Positions 13,843-26,100 of a stretch of DNA of 64,000 nucleotides are shown here, piece after piece. The translations under genes and the position numbers were made by a program. The DNA comes from Neoconidiobolus thromboides FSU 785 (lineage: Eukaryota; Fungi; Entomophthoromycota): contig MU626286.1 in the NCBI GenBank assembly GCA_025603075.1, positions 62,001-126,000 on the forward strand, written 5' to 3'. The notes under the pieces were generated by a model. It was not told the origin of the DNA, ran no database searches, and saw only the letters and a program-made list of their open reading frames with translations. Within the stretch, counting starts at the first letter, position 1. The number at the start of each line of letters is the position of its first letter.

Positions 13843-14419
13843 GACCTTTTTAGTTTCATTTTATTAATAAATTCAATTTTGTTGCACTATTATTATCATT
13901 ATTGCCCGGTATTACTTTAATTAATTTTTAGGCATTTAATTTTGTAATTTAATTGAAATTATGCAATGTAAATTTTCATAAAACAATGATGAAAAATTAG
14001 GCAATAATTTCTGCCAAGTTGTTCTGAAAAGAACTTTATTACGAACAAATGGTTCTCACATAAATTCATGATCTTTTAGCCAAGGTAAAATTTTAATGGC
14101 TAAAAGTTTCAGATCTTTTGGTGAAATCATTAACTAAAAATGATAAATTAAGCTATTCAATTTACCCATTGCCTCCTTTAAAATTCACATTAAAACTAAA
14201 AATGATTTATTTATCACTCTAAAACAAACTTCATTTCCATCATATTGAGATAAAATAGTGGGAGCATCTTTAATGATTGGTTAAATCAAATGAAATTTCC
14301 CAAATAAACGAATCATTTTTTAAAAGCTAATTAAAACTTAATATGAATTAAAAATTCTTAAGAAAAGTTTAAAAGCTTATAAATCAATCTAAACCTTCGT
14401 ATATAAAAAAAAAAATTGA

Positions 14420-15843
14420 ATGTCTTTAAACAATAACATTGACGACGAAATGACTAAACATGAAGCAATCACAGGGGAAAACGTAGCAAGCAAAGATAAG
14501 AGTACTTTTTATTCGTTTATTAAATCTGTTGCTTCTTTTACTGGAGACTTATCCCAACTCACTTGTCCTGGATTCCTACTATGCGGTACTTCTATTATTG
14601 AGTATTGGTAAGAGTAGTGAAAATATTTTGAAAAAAAATTAATGAGTTTTCCAATTTAGTGCACATTATGCAGACCACCCTGCCCTTATTAAAAATATAG
14701 CTTTAGCACAAGATCCACTAGGTAATTAAATTAGTAATTATGAAAACTCTAAATTTAAGCAAAAAAATAAATAGAACGCACCCAAGCAGTAACCGCTTGG
14801 TTTTTGTCGAGTTTATATGGAAGCTTTAGATCTAGGAATAAAGATAATTTTGAAAAGAAACCTTATAATCCAATCTTAGGAGAAAAATTTATTTGTAGTT
14901 TAAAAGATGCCAGTGGTGATAAAATCGATGTCAACTGTGAACAAGGTAACATTGATTTTTTTAATGGTTTTATTTATTAAAAATAATTTTTTAGTTTCTC
15001 ATCACCCTCCAATATCCGCTTTTCACTTAGAAAGTCAAGAACATGGTATTTCTATTAATGGACATAGTATGACTTATTTATTTCTAAGAAACAACTTATT
15101 AACATTATTTGTTTTAGCTGGCCAAAAATCCAAATTTAAAGGAACAACTATCAAAGTAAGTAGATTATAGCCACGATTCAAAGTTCTTTTATTAATAAAT
15201 TTAACTCTAGGTCACTCAAGTTGGACATATTACAGTCAACTTAAAAAATAGTGATGAAACATTTATCATTTCATTACCAGAAATGCATATCCGCTCTTTG
15301 ATTACTGGTCGTCCATTTTTGGACTTATATCATGAGTCTTATGTATACTCAAGTTCTGGATATATTGCCACCATCAAATATGTACAGAAAGGATGGTTTT
15401 CAGGAGATTATTTTGATATAAGTGGGCATATTAAAGATAGTCAAGGTAACGTACATCGTACAATTGCAGGCAAATGGACCGAAGAATTTTCATTTAGTAA
15501 TAAAAATGGCGACAAACTATTCGCTTTTAATCCAGAAACCACACCAATGGCGGAAAGAATCATTGCTCCATTGGAACAACAAGAAGAAAATGAATCTCAA
15601 CGTTTATGGAATGAAGTTAGTAAAGCCATCGAAGAGGAAGAATATGCATTGGCTACAGAGAAAAAATCAGCCATTGAAAATAAGCAGAGGGCATTACGTA
15701 AACAACGTCAGGAAGAAAACATAACTTGGGAGCCAAAGTACTTTTCATTCGTTAAAGATGAACCAGAACGTATTAAAATAGAAAAAGCGCTTGGAACTGG
15801 ATTAGAAGGGATTGATGAAGGATCTTGGGTGTTTAAAAAGTAG
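14420..15843 (+). CDS. KES1: Oxysterol-binding protein-related lipid transfer protein, Osh4/Kes1-like
   Basis: FIKSVASFTGDLSQL, KKPYNPILGEKF and the EQ/VSHHPP OSBP signature, joined across GT-AG introns. Family is secure; exact ortholog is less so. Confidence 0.85.
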
Positions 15844-16055
15844 GATTCTTAGATTAAATAGCAGTAAAGCGAAGAGTTTTTATTTAAGGGAAAATTAAAA
15901 CTTGAATTATCTTTTTTTAGATTTTTATATCGATTGGTATCATTTTGATTACCTATTCAATTAAATTAAAAAAATTATAGTATATATTAATTTTTGTGTA
16001 TATTTTGTTTCATGTTATTTTACCAATAATAAATTAAAACTTTAATATTTTTATT

Positions 16056-16811
16056 TTAATTCCACCAAATACTTAAAGAAATACTAGGTGATAAAGCCTT
16101 AACATAATGCCACCAACCCTTAGGTAAATACAACATGTCACCCTCATTAATGATAGTATCGATGTATGGTACATCTACCGCATTCGGAAACAAACTAACG
16201 TCTAGATTCTCTGGATCAATCCTTGAAGTATTACTCAAATATTTTTCTTTAAATGGATATAACCTATCTTTATACGTATTATTATATAACCTTAAATATT
16301 TTGAACCTTTAATCTGTACAAATAAATTTTCGTAAGGATCAAAATGGATTGGAGTAATTGTATTCTCTGGTCCCATCCATAGCATCATCTGTTCAAAACC
16401 CACTCTTCCACAGTTGAGTAAAGTGGGTATTTTAATATCCTGTTGAAGTTGGGGTATGAAGTTAAGTAATGGGTATTGGGCTAGATAGCCATAGTTTGGT
16501 ATATCTTTTAGTTGTGCTTTAAGATTACTCTGCATAAACAACTTGATATATAAAGTTAGTGGTAACTCGGTTTTACTATCGATCTTATCATAGCGATCTA
16601 ACTCGACGGGTACAAGTGTAGTTCCATGATGTTTTATCCACCACTCCATATCTTGCCATTTATTTAAAGCATCCCAATCGTTTATTTGACCGCTTAGTTG
16701 TATGGGTTGGTTCTTTAGGTAATAGTTATCTTTAAATAAGGCATCTGTTATAGATGGTAGTATTTTTATGGGATTTGTAAGTTTGTTTAATAAAGTAAAA
16801 GTTTTATTCAT
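16056..16811 (-). CDS. JmjC-domain 2-oxoglutarate oxygenase, JMJD5/KDM8-like, intronless
   Basis: GYLAQYPL, WMGPENTITPIHFDPYENL (HxD) and GDMLYLPKGWWHYV (distal His). First ATG is at 16811; the ORF track starts from TTG at 16847. Confidence 0.9.
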   Translation of the reverse strand: MNKTFTLLNKLTNPIKILPSITDALFKDNYYLKNQPIQLSGQINDWDALNKWQDMEWWIKHHGTTLVPVELDRYDKIDSKTELPLTLYIKLFMQSNLKAQLKDIPNYGYLAQYPLLNFIPQLQQDIKIPTLLNCGRVGFEQMMLWMGPENTITPIHFDPYENLFVQIKGSKYLRLYNNTYKDRLYPFKEKYLSNTSRIDPENLDVSLFPNAVDVPYIDTIINEGDMLYLPKGWWHYVKALSPSISLSIWWN

Positions 16812-16873
16812 TTTAAAAAAAAATGAATTTCGAGACTGAAATTTCAAATATTTTTTTATAGTTTATTTGACAA

Positions 16874-18335
16874 ATGGAACCAACAAAGAATTATAGTTTA
16901 AATGTTAATTTTAATGTCAATGAGTATAAAATAAAGAGAAGAGTAGTGTTTAGTCAGGATTTAGAATATATATTTGATGTCAAGAAGATAGGAGATACAA
17001 AATTAGCAGTATCGGGATCAAACTTGAAGATTAATATTTATGACCAAAATAGTTTAAACTTAATTAGTACATTAGATCATCACAAGAAACCAATTTCAAG
17101 TATTAAAAGAATAAATCAAAAACAAGATATTTTCCTTTCTTCTTCAGAAGATAAAACTATTGCTTTATGGGACTTGAGAGCTAGCTTATCCCCAATTCAA
17201 ATTTGGACTGGTGAGTATTAGTAACATTATAATTATAATGATAGAATTAATAAAGATAATTGAAGATAACCAAAACTCAATCAACTCCATAGATATTAAT
17301 TGTGATGAAAGTTTATTGATTGCAGGCACTTCTTTTAGTACTTATTCACGGGAAGCTAAGATTTTATTTTGGTATTTTAATGAGTAGTTAAAGAAAATCA
17401 AAATAATAAAATCTCCATTTAGGGACTTACGCACAAATAATATAGTCCAAGAATTTATTGAGTGCCATAATGACGATATCACTTTAGTAAGTCATATTTT
17501 AATAAACGAAGGAATTAAACTTAATACATCCAGATTGAGCATCACCCAACAGATAAAAATAGATTTTTAAGTGGAGGGATGGATGGGTTAATATGTAGCT
17601 ATAATTTAATATCTCAAGAAGAAGATGATAATCTAGAGAAAACAATCAATTTTGGTAACTCTATAATGAGCTGTGGCTATTTTGGTCAAACACAACAATT
17701 TATCTTTGCTTTAAGTCACATGGAAACTTTTGCTATTTTTAGTTCAGAGGTAAACTAATCTTTGTTTATTATTTATTTATGTTACTTATTGCTATAAAAA
17801 GGGGGATTTAATCCATGACTTTGGTAGTATTAAAAATTCGTTCTGTCGTAAATCAGATTTTATTGTCGATTATGTTATCGGCTGCCACTACGATAAATTG
17901 GAGGATCAGCTCTATCTTATGGCAGGTTCTTATAAGTAATATTATGATATCTCACTACTATATATAATATAATATATTAATTTAATTAAAGTGGTAAAAT
18001 TGGGATATTCTTAGTTAAAGGGGAAGGTGAGTTACAACTATACCAAGTATTAAAAGATGGTCATAGTGATGTGGTAAGATCCGTATACTGGGACAATCAA
18101 GTAAGTTTAATAATAGTTATGATTGAACAACACAATTGAATTTTTTATTAAGTCAAAAGAAATAATTACTGGGGCCGAAGATGGAAAGCTAATATCCTGG
18201 ATCCATCAAATACAAAATAAACCTAATGTTGAAAGTAGACCGGGGAATATAAAGGTAATAATTGTTGTTCGATTGATTTAATACTGATCATCTTATTTAT
18301 AGAATACAAATCACATTCGTTTTTCACCTTATTAG
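16874..18335 (+). CDS. WDR89: WD40-repeat protein, WDR89-like
   Basis: WD repeats (SSSEDKTIALWDLR, ECHNDDITL/IEHHP, SGGMDGLIC, GHSDVVRSVYWD, TGAEDGKLISW), spliced across 7 introns. C-terminus RFSPY. Confidence 0.75.
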
Positions 18336-18621
18336 AAATAATAAGATTTATAGATAAATAATATAATAGACTAAATAAAAGCTGTTAATTTGATTTACTA
18401 AAAAATAGCAACTAATTCATTTTTAAAAATTTACTTTTAAATATAAACCACTCTATAATAAATATTGCATGAAAGTTAAAACTACGCTATTTTAATCCAC
18501 TCTAATATTGTATCTTAATTAATAAATAAATTCATAGTCCATTACTGAGTTAAACTTGCAATCTAAATCTTTTATTTTAATTTAATAATTTTATATAAAT
18601 TATAGCTACTTGTTTTATAAA

Positions 18622-19090
18622 TTATTTTTGATACATAGCTTGTGGAGGAAAACTTTGATTTGGATTCGCAGGGCCATCTGGTTTTTTAAAATTAATATAC
18701 ATACTTTTACAAATTAATAATAAAATTACTATTTTGAGGTCCCGGTTGTCTACCACCTAAAAAACAATTAACTTAAAGGATTTAAAAATTAAACTATTTT
18801 AGTTACCTGAATAAATACCAGTAATCCTATCAATTACAGTTTGTGTTGTATCTTGACCAAGGCCTTAAAATAGTATTAGTAAAAAGTTTTAATTTAATTT
18901 ATAAAACCGTTTAACATACCAGAATAATAATCCTTAACTGCAGCGGCATGTTTCCAACCCGAATTATGGGCCTTGCGTACTGCCATAGTATCATGGGTTA
19001 AAAAGATATCACAATAGTCTATTACTTTTATTAACTTTTTGTTCATTCTTAATTATTCTTATTAAACTCACCACAGTAATATTTAGCCAT
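18622..19090 (-). CDS. SNRPC: U1 snRNP protein C (matrin-type zinc finger); not in the ORF track
   Basis: Spliced reading [53 protein letters not shown] matches the U1-C N-terminus. Five short exons. Confidence 0.92.
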
Positions 19091-19282
19091 TTTATATATT
19101 TAAAAAAGAATAAAATTTAGTTTGTATTTTTTTGCTTAAATTATTTTTTTTGCACAGTAAGTTTTAACCTTATTTTTATCCCTAGAACAATTGCTATGAA
19201 TTACACGTGATTAGGGTTATCCAGAATGTATATAAAACAAACTTTAACAGTTTTATGACTTGACTTTGTTATAAGAAATAAG

Positions 19283-19768
19283 ATGGTACTCTATAAAGGC
19301 AGTTGTCATTGCGGTATTATAAAATTTGAAGTTGAAGCAGGAGAAGAGTTAACTATCATAGATTGTAATTGTTCCATTTGTTTTAAAAAGGGTAAGTTTT
19401 TAATTCTAGAACATAATAGATGAAGTAGTTAACTAGGTGTAGGTTTTCAACATTTAATAGTGAGTAAAGATAAATTAAAAATCAATAGTGATATGGAGTT
19501 GCTTTCTTTATATACATTTAATACCCATATAGCTAAGCATTATTTTTGTAAAAAATGTGGTATTTGTCCTTTTTATATTCCTAGATCTAATCCAGATGGC
19601 TTTGATGTAAGTTTATATCCTTTTATTCTTTAATTTTATCTTATTATTTTTTAGATTAACTATCGTTGTATTGACGAACCCAAACCAAAGAAGGTTGTTT
19701 TTGAACCTTATGATGGTAATAATTGGGAGCAACAACCTTCTTTAGCTCATCTTTCAGCTTCTAGTTAA
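19283..19768 (+). CDS. GFA/CENP-V family Cys-rich zinc protein; not in the ORF track
   Basis: MVLYKGSCHCG...CNCSIC...HYFCKKCGICPFYIPRSNPDGFD/INYRCID, with two introns. Confidence 0.9.
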
Positions 19769-19842
19769 ATTCATTTAAAATGACATCAAATAAAAACATA
19801 ATAAATATTTGAAGAAAATTGAATTAAAAATTATTTAATTTA

Positions 19843-20271
19843 TTATATAAAAACAACAGTAAGGTAGAATAAAGCCAATAATAAAATATGGATATCCACA
19901 ATAAAACTATTAGAAGTCTCCTGCTTTGATTGCTTAAAAGAATTAGTTAAATTACCCTTCTTATTTAACCCATTATTATCATTCTCATTTCCATCCACCT
20001 TTATTTGTTTAAATGTTTGACTTTTAGGCAACATACAACCCTTATCAAATGCATCTTTTTTATTAAAATAAAGTAATTGAATATCGTTTCCAGAAGCAAA
20101 ATCACTCAATATGTCTTTATGTTCCTTTTTAAACTCATAATATTTAAATGCTGGAATATCATTTCCTTGATCCATTTGATTTACCTCTATCTGGTTCGTT
20201 GATCTACTTGAACTCATTGATTTAGCATGAAGTGTCACTAATAATAAACCAGTTAATATTATATGCTTCAT
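19843..20271 (-). CDS. Small secreted protein, probably GPI-anchored, function unknown
   Basis: 142-aa intronless ORF with an N-terminal hydrophobic signal (MKHIILTGLLLVTLHA) and a C-terminal hydrophobic tail after TSNS. Confidence 0.65.
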   Translation of the reverse strand: MKHIILTGLLLVTLHAKSMSSSRSTNQIEVNQMDQGNDIPAFKYYEFKKEHKDILSDFASGNDIQLLYFNKKDAFDKGCMLPKSQTFKQIKVDGNENDNNGLNKKGNLTNSFKQSKQETSNSFIVDIHILLLALFYLTVVFI

Positions 20272-20396
20272 TGAAATAAATTGAAATTAAATATTAATAA
20301 TTTATAAATGTAAAGATTTAAAGTTAGTCTAATTGTGGATATTAAATTTTAATTTCAACCAATAATCGGAATTTTTAAAGCGTGACTAAATGAAGA

Positions 20397-20501
20397 TATG
20401 GGAGTGTTTTTTTTGGCTTCATTACTTTTTCCATCTTTTAAGCATCATTTGAGTGGAAAAATTATTAGTAAAATTCTTAAATACAAAAATACATCCCCAT
20501 A
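20397..20501 (-). mobile_element. MITE-like element, copy 5
   Basis: TATGGGAGTGTTTTTTTT...GAGTGGAAAA...ATACATCCCCATA. Confidence 0.88.
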
Positions 20502-20504
20502 TCT

Positions 20505-20587
20505 CTTTTATTTACTTTTTCTTGTCTATTTTCTAAATGCTATTAAGTAGAAAATTATCAATAAGATTCATAAAAAAACATACTTAT
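20505..20587 (-). mobile_element. Degenerate MITE-like element, copy 6, abutting copy 5
   Basis: CTATTTTCTAAATGCTATTAAGTAGAAAATTATCAATAAGATTCATAAAAAAACATAC aligns to the consensus; ends are eroded. Confidence 0.55.
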
Positions 20588-20712
20588 TTGTAGATAGATA
20601 GAACTTTACATTGAAATTAAGTTTAATATAAAAACTTGTTAATTATTGAAAAAATAGTTTTAAAAAATGAAATATATATTTAATGACTTTAAATAAAATT
20701 TTAGTTTTATTA

Positions 20713-20815
20713 TATGGGGCTGTTTTTTTTAGTTTCATTATTTTTCCATTTTTTAAGCGCTATTTGAGTGGAAAGATTGTAGTAAAATTCTTAAATAAAA
20801 AAACACATCCCCATA
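20713..20815 (-). mobile_element. MITE-like element, copy 7
   Basis: TATGGGGCTGTTTTTTTT...AAGCGCTATTTGAGTGGAAAG...CACATCCCCATA; very similar to copy 3. Confidence 0.88.
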
Positions 20816-20865
20816 TAATAATAGTAAATGATTGAAATTAAATTTCAATATACTAAATGACCTTA

Positions 20866-20901
20866 TATTTTATTTTATTTTATTTTATTTTATTTTATTT
20901 T
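20866..20901 (+). repeat. (TATTT)n pentanucleotide microsatellite
   Basis: About 7 tandem TATTT units, read directly. Confidence 0.85.
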
Positions 20902-21036
20902 AGTTGAAACTCAATTCAACTTTAGATTTAATCATAATCATATATCTTAATACAATCAATATAATTACATTTATAATATAATTCTAACTCTGTTTTATTT
21001 TAACTTAATAATTAATCATCTATCAAACCACATAAT

Positions 21037-21966
21037 TCATCTTTTTTCATTGTCATTTGGCCTTTTCAAAAACACATTCAAATCTGTAGTAGATTCTAAT
21101 AGAGAACTTGACTGTGTAGCAGTGTCCTCATTAGATTCTGAATTCTCATTTGTATGAGTCGATACAATACTAGTAGCATAACTTTGATTATAAAAATTAA
21201 TCTTTTGTAAACCTAAGCCAAATTGATTTAAACAAATTATGGAATAAATCACACTCATTAACATCAATAATACACATACTCCTTGAACTAGAAATAAGTT
21301 CAATATACTATTAATAAATATAGCTGAATTTTTATATAAGATATTGAGTTGAATTATGAATTGAATTTCATAATAAATTATTAAGCTTAAATAACCAACT
21401 GCCCCACTGAATAATATAATAAATAAAAACATAGAAATTCTTATTTCTTTCTTTAACTAAATGTGTAAATTAATAATCAAACATAAAAATATATAATATA
21501 AATTCTAACTTACTGATATAACCCCAATCAATAAAAATGCTATAAAGCACAAGAAGATTGTAGCAATATTGACTTTAATATCCGAAAACAATGGTGGTAT
21601 CTTTATATCTGTATTATTCCAAGCCAGTCTTAAATAAACATAATATGCTAATGCCATAATTAAATAACCAAATGTTAATTTCAATAATGCCCATAATAGT
21701 TGTCTTTTTTTCATTAATTTAAATGTATAAAAATTGGCGCCCATTTTTCGATAAACATTCCAAGTTAAATTACTTCTTAATACAAAATAAAAGGCTACTA
21801 TTAAGCTTCCCGTTATTGCTCGGAAAAGTAATTCGACCCCATTAATAATTAATGTTTTCCAACCATACAAACTAATATTCCCTATTAAATCACGTTTAAT
21901 TGGATCCGTTATAAAATACTAAAATAATAGAAATAAATTAATATGTTAAATATAAATATAAATATA

Positions 21967-22011
<45 letters not shown>

Positions 22012-22440
22012 TACCATCATTAAAGCAATTGTTTCAAAACAACACAAAAAATAAACAATAAAATTAAATAAAAAATAAAAATGTAATTGATGTAAATTTT
22101 TACAAATAATAGCATCTAATAAATAAATATTTAATATCAAATCATTAATTATTTTCATAATTGATTGATACAAATTCATATTAATACCCAAATCAAATTT
22201 AAATCCGGTAGTTGAACTGTTATACCCTATTATTTGTATAATGTCTAATAACGATGTAATAAATAATTGAAATAATATAATATATGTTATTATTCGTTTC
22301 TTTGGTGTATCTAATAAACTGCCTTTGACCTAATATAATGAATAAAATTATTTGAATATTTGAATTCTATTTTGTTATGGGAAATGAATTACTTCATGAC
22401 TTAATAGTGAAGATAAACTCGATCTATCCCCAACAGTCAT
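21037..22440 (-). CDS. Polytopic membrane protein, possibly UPF0658-like
   Basis: Spliced reading MTVGDRSSLSSLLSHE/VKGSLLDTPKKRIITY.../YFITDPIKRDL.../EFLCFYFIILF...SIICLNQFGLGLQK with about 7 hydrophobic segments. The family call rests on the C-terminal xxFGxGLx motif only. Confidence 0.65.
21968..22008 (+). repeat. (TTA)n trinucleotide microsatellite inside an intron
   Basis: About 13 tandem units just inside the GT donor of the membrane-protein intron. The poly-Asn in ORF 21946-22191 is therefore intronic. Confidence 0.85.
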
Positions 22441-23170
22441 TATTATTTGCTTTAATTAAAAATTGAAATTTATACTAGATAACAAATCAAAAAGATAGAA
22501 AGTAAAAAATTTAAATATTATTTCCTTCTTATTTTTTGATTTTTTTTTAAAAAATCGAGATGTGTGTTAATAAATTTACCGCTTTTGTTAATTAAGACAC
22601 TTAAAACTTTCAAAACGGATTCATAAAAGAATGAATACTGATTTGTTGATTTTTATTTATTTATTTTACGGACAAAATTAAAACTATCAATGCTCCGTTT
22701 TTTTACCAAGGTTGAAAATAAATAGGAAGTTCAATTAATTTATAACAATAGCTTTTTTATTTTAAATAAACTCATCTAATTATCATAATAACTATAACAT
22801 AATAAACTCTAATTTGATTCTATTTAATTGTTACTTTTACTAATTAAATGAGATTTATTAATAGACAGTTATTAAAACTAATATGTTAATTAATAAAATA
22901 GAATTTTATACAATCAATTATTGAGATAAAAATTAAATATCTCTAATGTTAAAAAAGGAATTACATCTATAAACCTATATAGTACAAATAAATGGTGTTT
23001 TTATAACCTCAATATTCTTAATTAAATTTAAATATATGACTATAATAATTAAACAATATAAATAATTTGAAAAATAAAAAATAAACTGTAAAAATTAGAA
23101 AACTAAAAATCAATATTTTTATTAACTTACTCATAAAAGAAAACCCAGCTTTAAATGAATTTAACATTAA

Positions 23171-26100
23171 TCAAATATAAAATTTCTTATTAATAAAATG
23201 AAGTAAAAGATTAACGTTGACTTTCACTTCTTCATCTAATAAATCAATTACCAATTGATTGTCAAATTGGGCTTGTAATAAAGATTCTAAAGAAATAATA
23301 GTATCTTCTCCAGGTAATTTTCTACCCATATAATAAGCTGCTACTTTAAATTGACCTACTTGATCCGAAGATATAATAAAATCAATTTTGTCAAACTGTC
23401 TTGGTAAATAATCTTTAATACTAATTAATATTCCTTTTTGATATAATCGATCAGCGGTATATTTAAAAGACCCAAATTTAGGTACACTACCTGATTTACT
23501 AATTTCTTTTAAATGAAAATATTGTTTTGTAAATGGTATTGCTTTTGTTTTTTTACTAAAAGAAATTAAAAAGGTTAATATTAATTCTTATTGTTTTAAT
23601 TTCAAATAAAAATCAACTTACTTCTTTTTACTACTATGCATATTCATACAAGAATCTAAATAATCTTGATAAATGGAATGTTGATCAATTAGGTATCTTT
23701 CTTTGATTTTTAAATTATTTATTGTTTGATAAATTCTCTTTAATTCTTCTTTTCTAGATATTCTTCTTTTAGATTTACTTCTTATATCGGCTGCTATTGA
23801 ATGAATCATAACTTGATAATTATCCTCTCTTTTAAGCATTCCTTCTGCTTCCAATTTTAAAGCATTGTTAAATGCAATTTGTTTTAATTGTGCAAATGAC
23901 ATACTATATTAATACTATTAATATATTTCTTTTTTAAATTAATTATTATTAATTTAATTTACCTTGTAACATCAATTAATTTTTGAGAAGATGAAGAATT
24001 GTTATCATTTTCATTTGATTCTTTTCTTTCTTTTTGTAAAAGATCTTTGAATCGAGTTTCTTCATTTTGACTCACTGGTTTTTGTAATACTTCTAATAAC
24101 GAACTACCCGATTGTACTCTTAATACATAAGTCATTAAACGTTTAGTTTCAACAAATAAATGTTTTAATTCACAATCTGATTCTAAAAATAAGACATTAA
24201 TATTCTAATATTATTATAAAGTAAATAATTAATTACCATTAATGGAAGGAAATCTATTAGACAAATGAAGAGAAATTTCTTTTGAGTGAGCTAATACTTG
24301 ATCTGCAGAGATAGTAGGTGGATCCCCAATTTCTTTTAATATAATTTTTAATTGATCTTTATCACCATTAGTTAACCAATCTAAATTATTAATTAACATT
24401 TTATGTAATGAATAAATTTCATTTGGTGATATATAGATCACTGGTCTTTTAGTAAAGGTTAAATCTAAAAACTCATCAATTTCAAATTGAATTTCAGGTT
24501 CTACTACTTCTGTTACTGAATAAATATATTTAGCAAATTTCTCAGAAGTGTAAGCAACATAAGTATTTAAAGGTTGCAAAAAGATATTATCTTCATTAAA
24601 TAATTTGCCCATTGAAACTTGATTTAACATTTTAGCTACCTAAAAAGGTTAAAGTTAACAATATTAATATTTTATAAATAAATAATAATAATAAATATAT
24701 TACTTCAGCTAAACATCTTCTATGATGTGGTGAAATTTCTACTTCAATAACATCAAATGATTCAGGTGCAACGATAGCTGGATTAATATATCGATAATAT
24801 ACCAAATGACCCACAATTTTAATAATTACATTTTCTCTTTCATTAGGGAATTTTTTTAATAAACTGGCTTTTAATTCTTTAGCTATATATCGAATACCAT
24901 ATGGCATTTGATCTAATGAAGAATAGATTCTTTCAATAAATTGATCTGTGATTGATCTTAATTGTTGTAAATGTTGAATCAATACACTTCTTGTTTCACT
25001 ATCATTTAAAGCTATTTCTGCTGTTACGTCATATGGTCTTAAACTCTTTTCACCCGTTCTTAATTCTTCTTGTTTAATTAAAGCACGATAAATCTATATT
25101 AAAATAAAAATAAAATCAATGAGATTATATTAAAAAAAGAAATTAAATTATTAATTACTAATAAAGGATTAGTTTGCAAATCAATATTTGGATCCTGTAA
25201 AATTTGTTGAATAATAGGTTGTAATAAATCTCTTAAATACTTTCTTTCTTTGACTCCTCGATTGTAATGTACGGCTAATTTAATAAACACTGGATTGCCC
25301 CTTAAAAAGTCTTCAATTCTATTGATAGAATCTAACTCAATATGAATTGCAGTCTTAAATAAATTTAATAACATAAACTCTTCTCTTTTATTTTGAGCAA
25401 AACCAAATAAAGTTAATACTACTGTTTCAAAAAACTTTTTATATTCATTAGTTAATACTGTACCCTTATTATAATTATTTAAATTTAACTCTGAAGTTTC
25501 AGTAATATTTTTTAACTTAGAATTGTTACCACAAGACAAACTATTCTGATTAATTAAAGTTAATAATTTACCCAGATAAATAGGTTGAGTTTGTAATAAA
25601 TAAAATAATTGTTGATAACCTTCTAATCGTTTACGATTTTCTTTATCTAATTTTTTCAAGGGTATAACTTTATTTTCTTTGACTTCTAAATCTGATAAAT
25701 TATTACTATTTCCACTATTACTTCCTAAAATTCCATTCATTCTTGTAATTCTCAATACTTCTTCTAAACTAATTCGGTTTCGAACTAACAACGCTATTTT
25801 AATATCTAATTCATTTAGTTGATTTTCCGTTTGTCCGATATCTCGTATTTTTTTAATTGATGATTTTCTTAATTCTTCTAATTCTAGTTCTTCCGCAAAA
25901 TCTTTATCACTATCTTCTAATAATGGTAAAAAGGATTGCATACAAGAAATCCCATTTTCCGTCATTAAATCTAATTTAGGTGGTATTGTTGGTAAAGTAT
26001 TACTTTGTATTCTTTGACTATTTGACGCCATTGTTCTTTGAATATTATCAACATATGGTCGATACTTTAAATAATTAGTTTGAAATTGCATTAATTTATG

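Noticed and set aside
13986-14030. Box C (ATGATGA) and box D (CTGA) pair suggesting a C/D snoRNA
   Set aside because: Boxes are only about 40 nt apart, with no flanking terminal stem and no recognisable guide.
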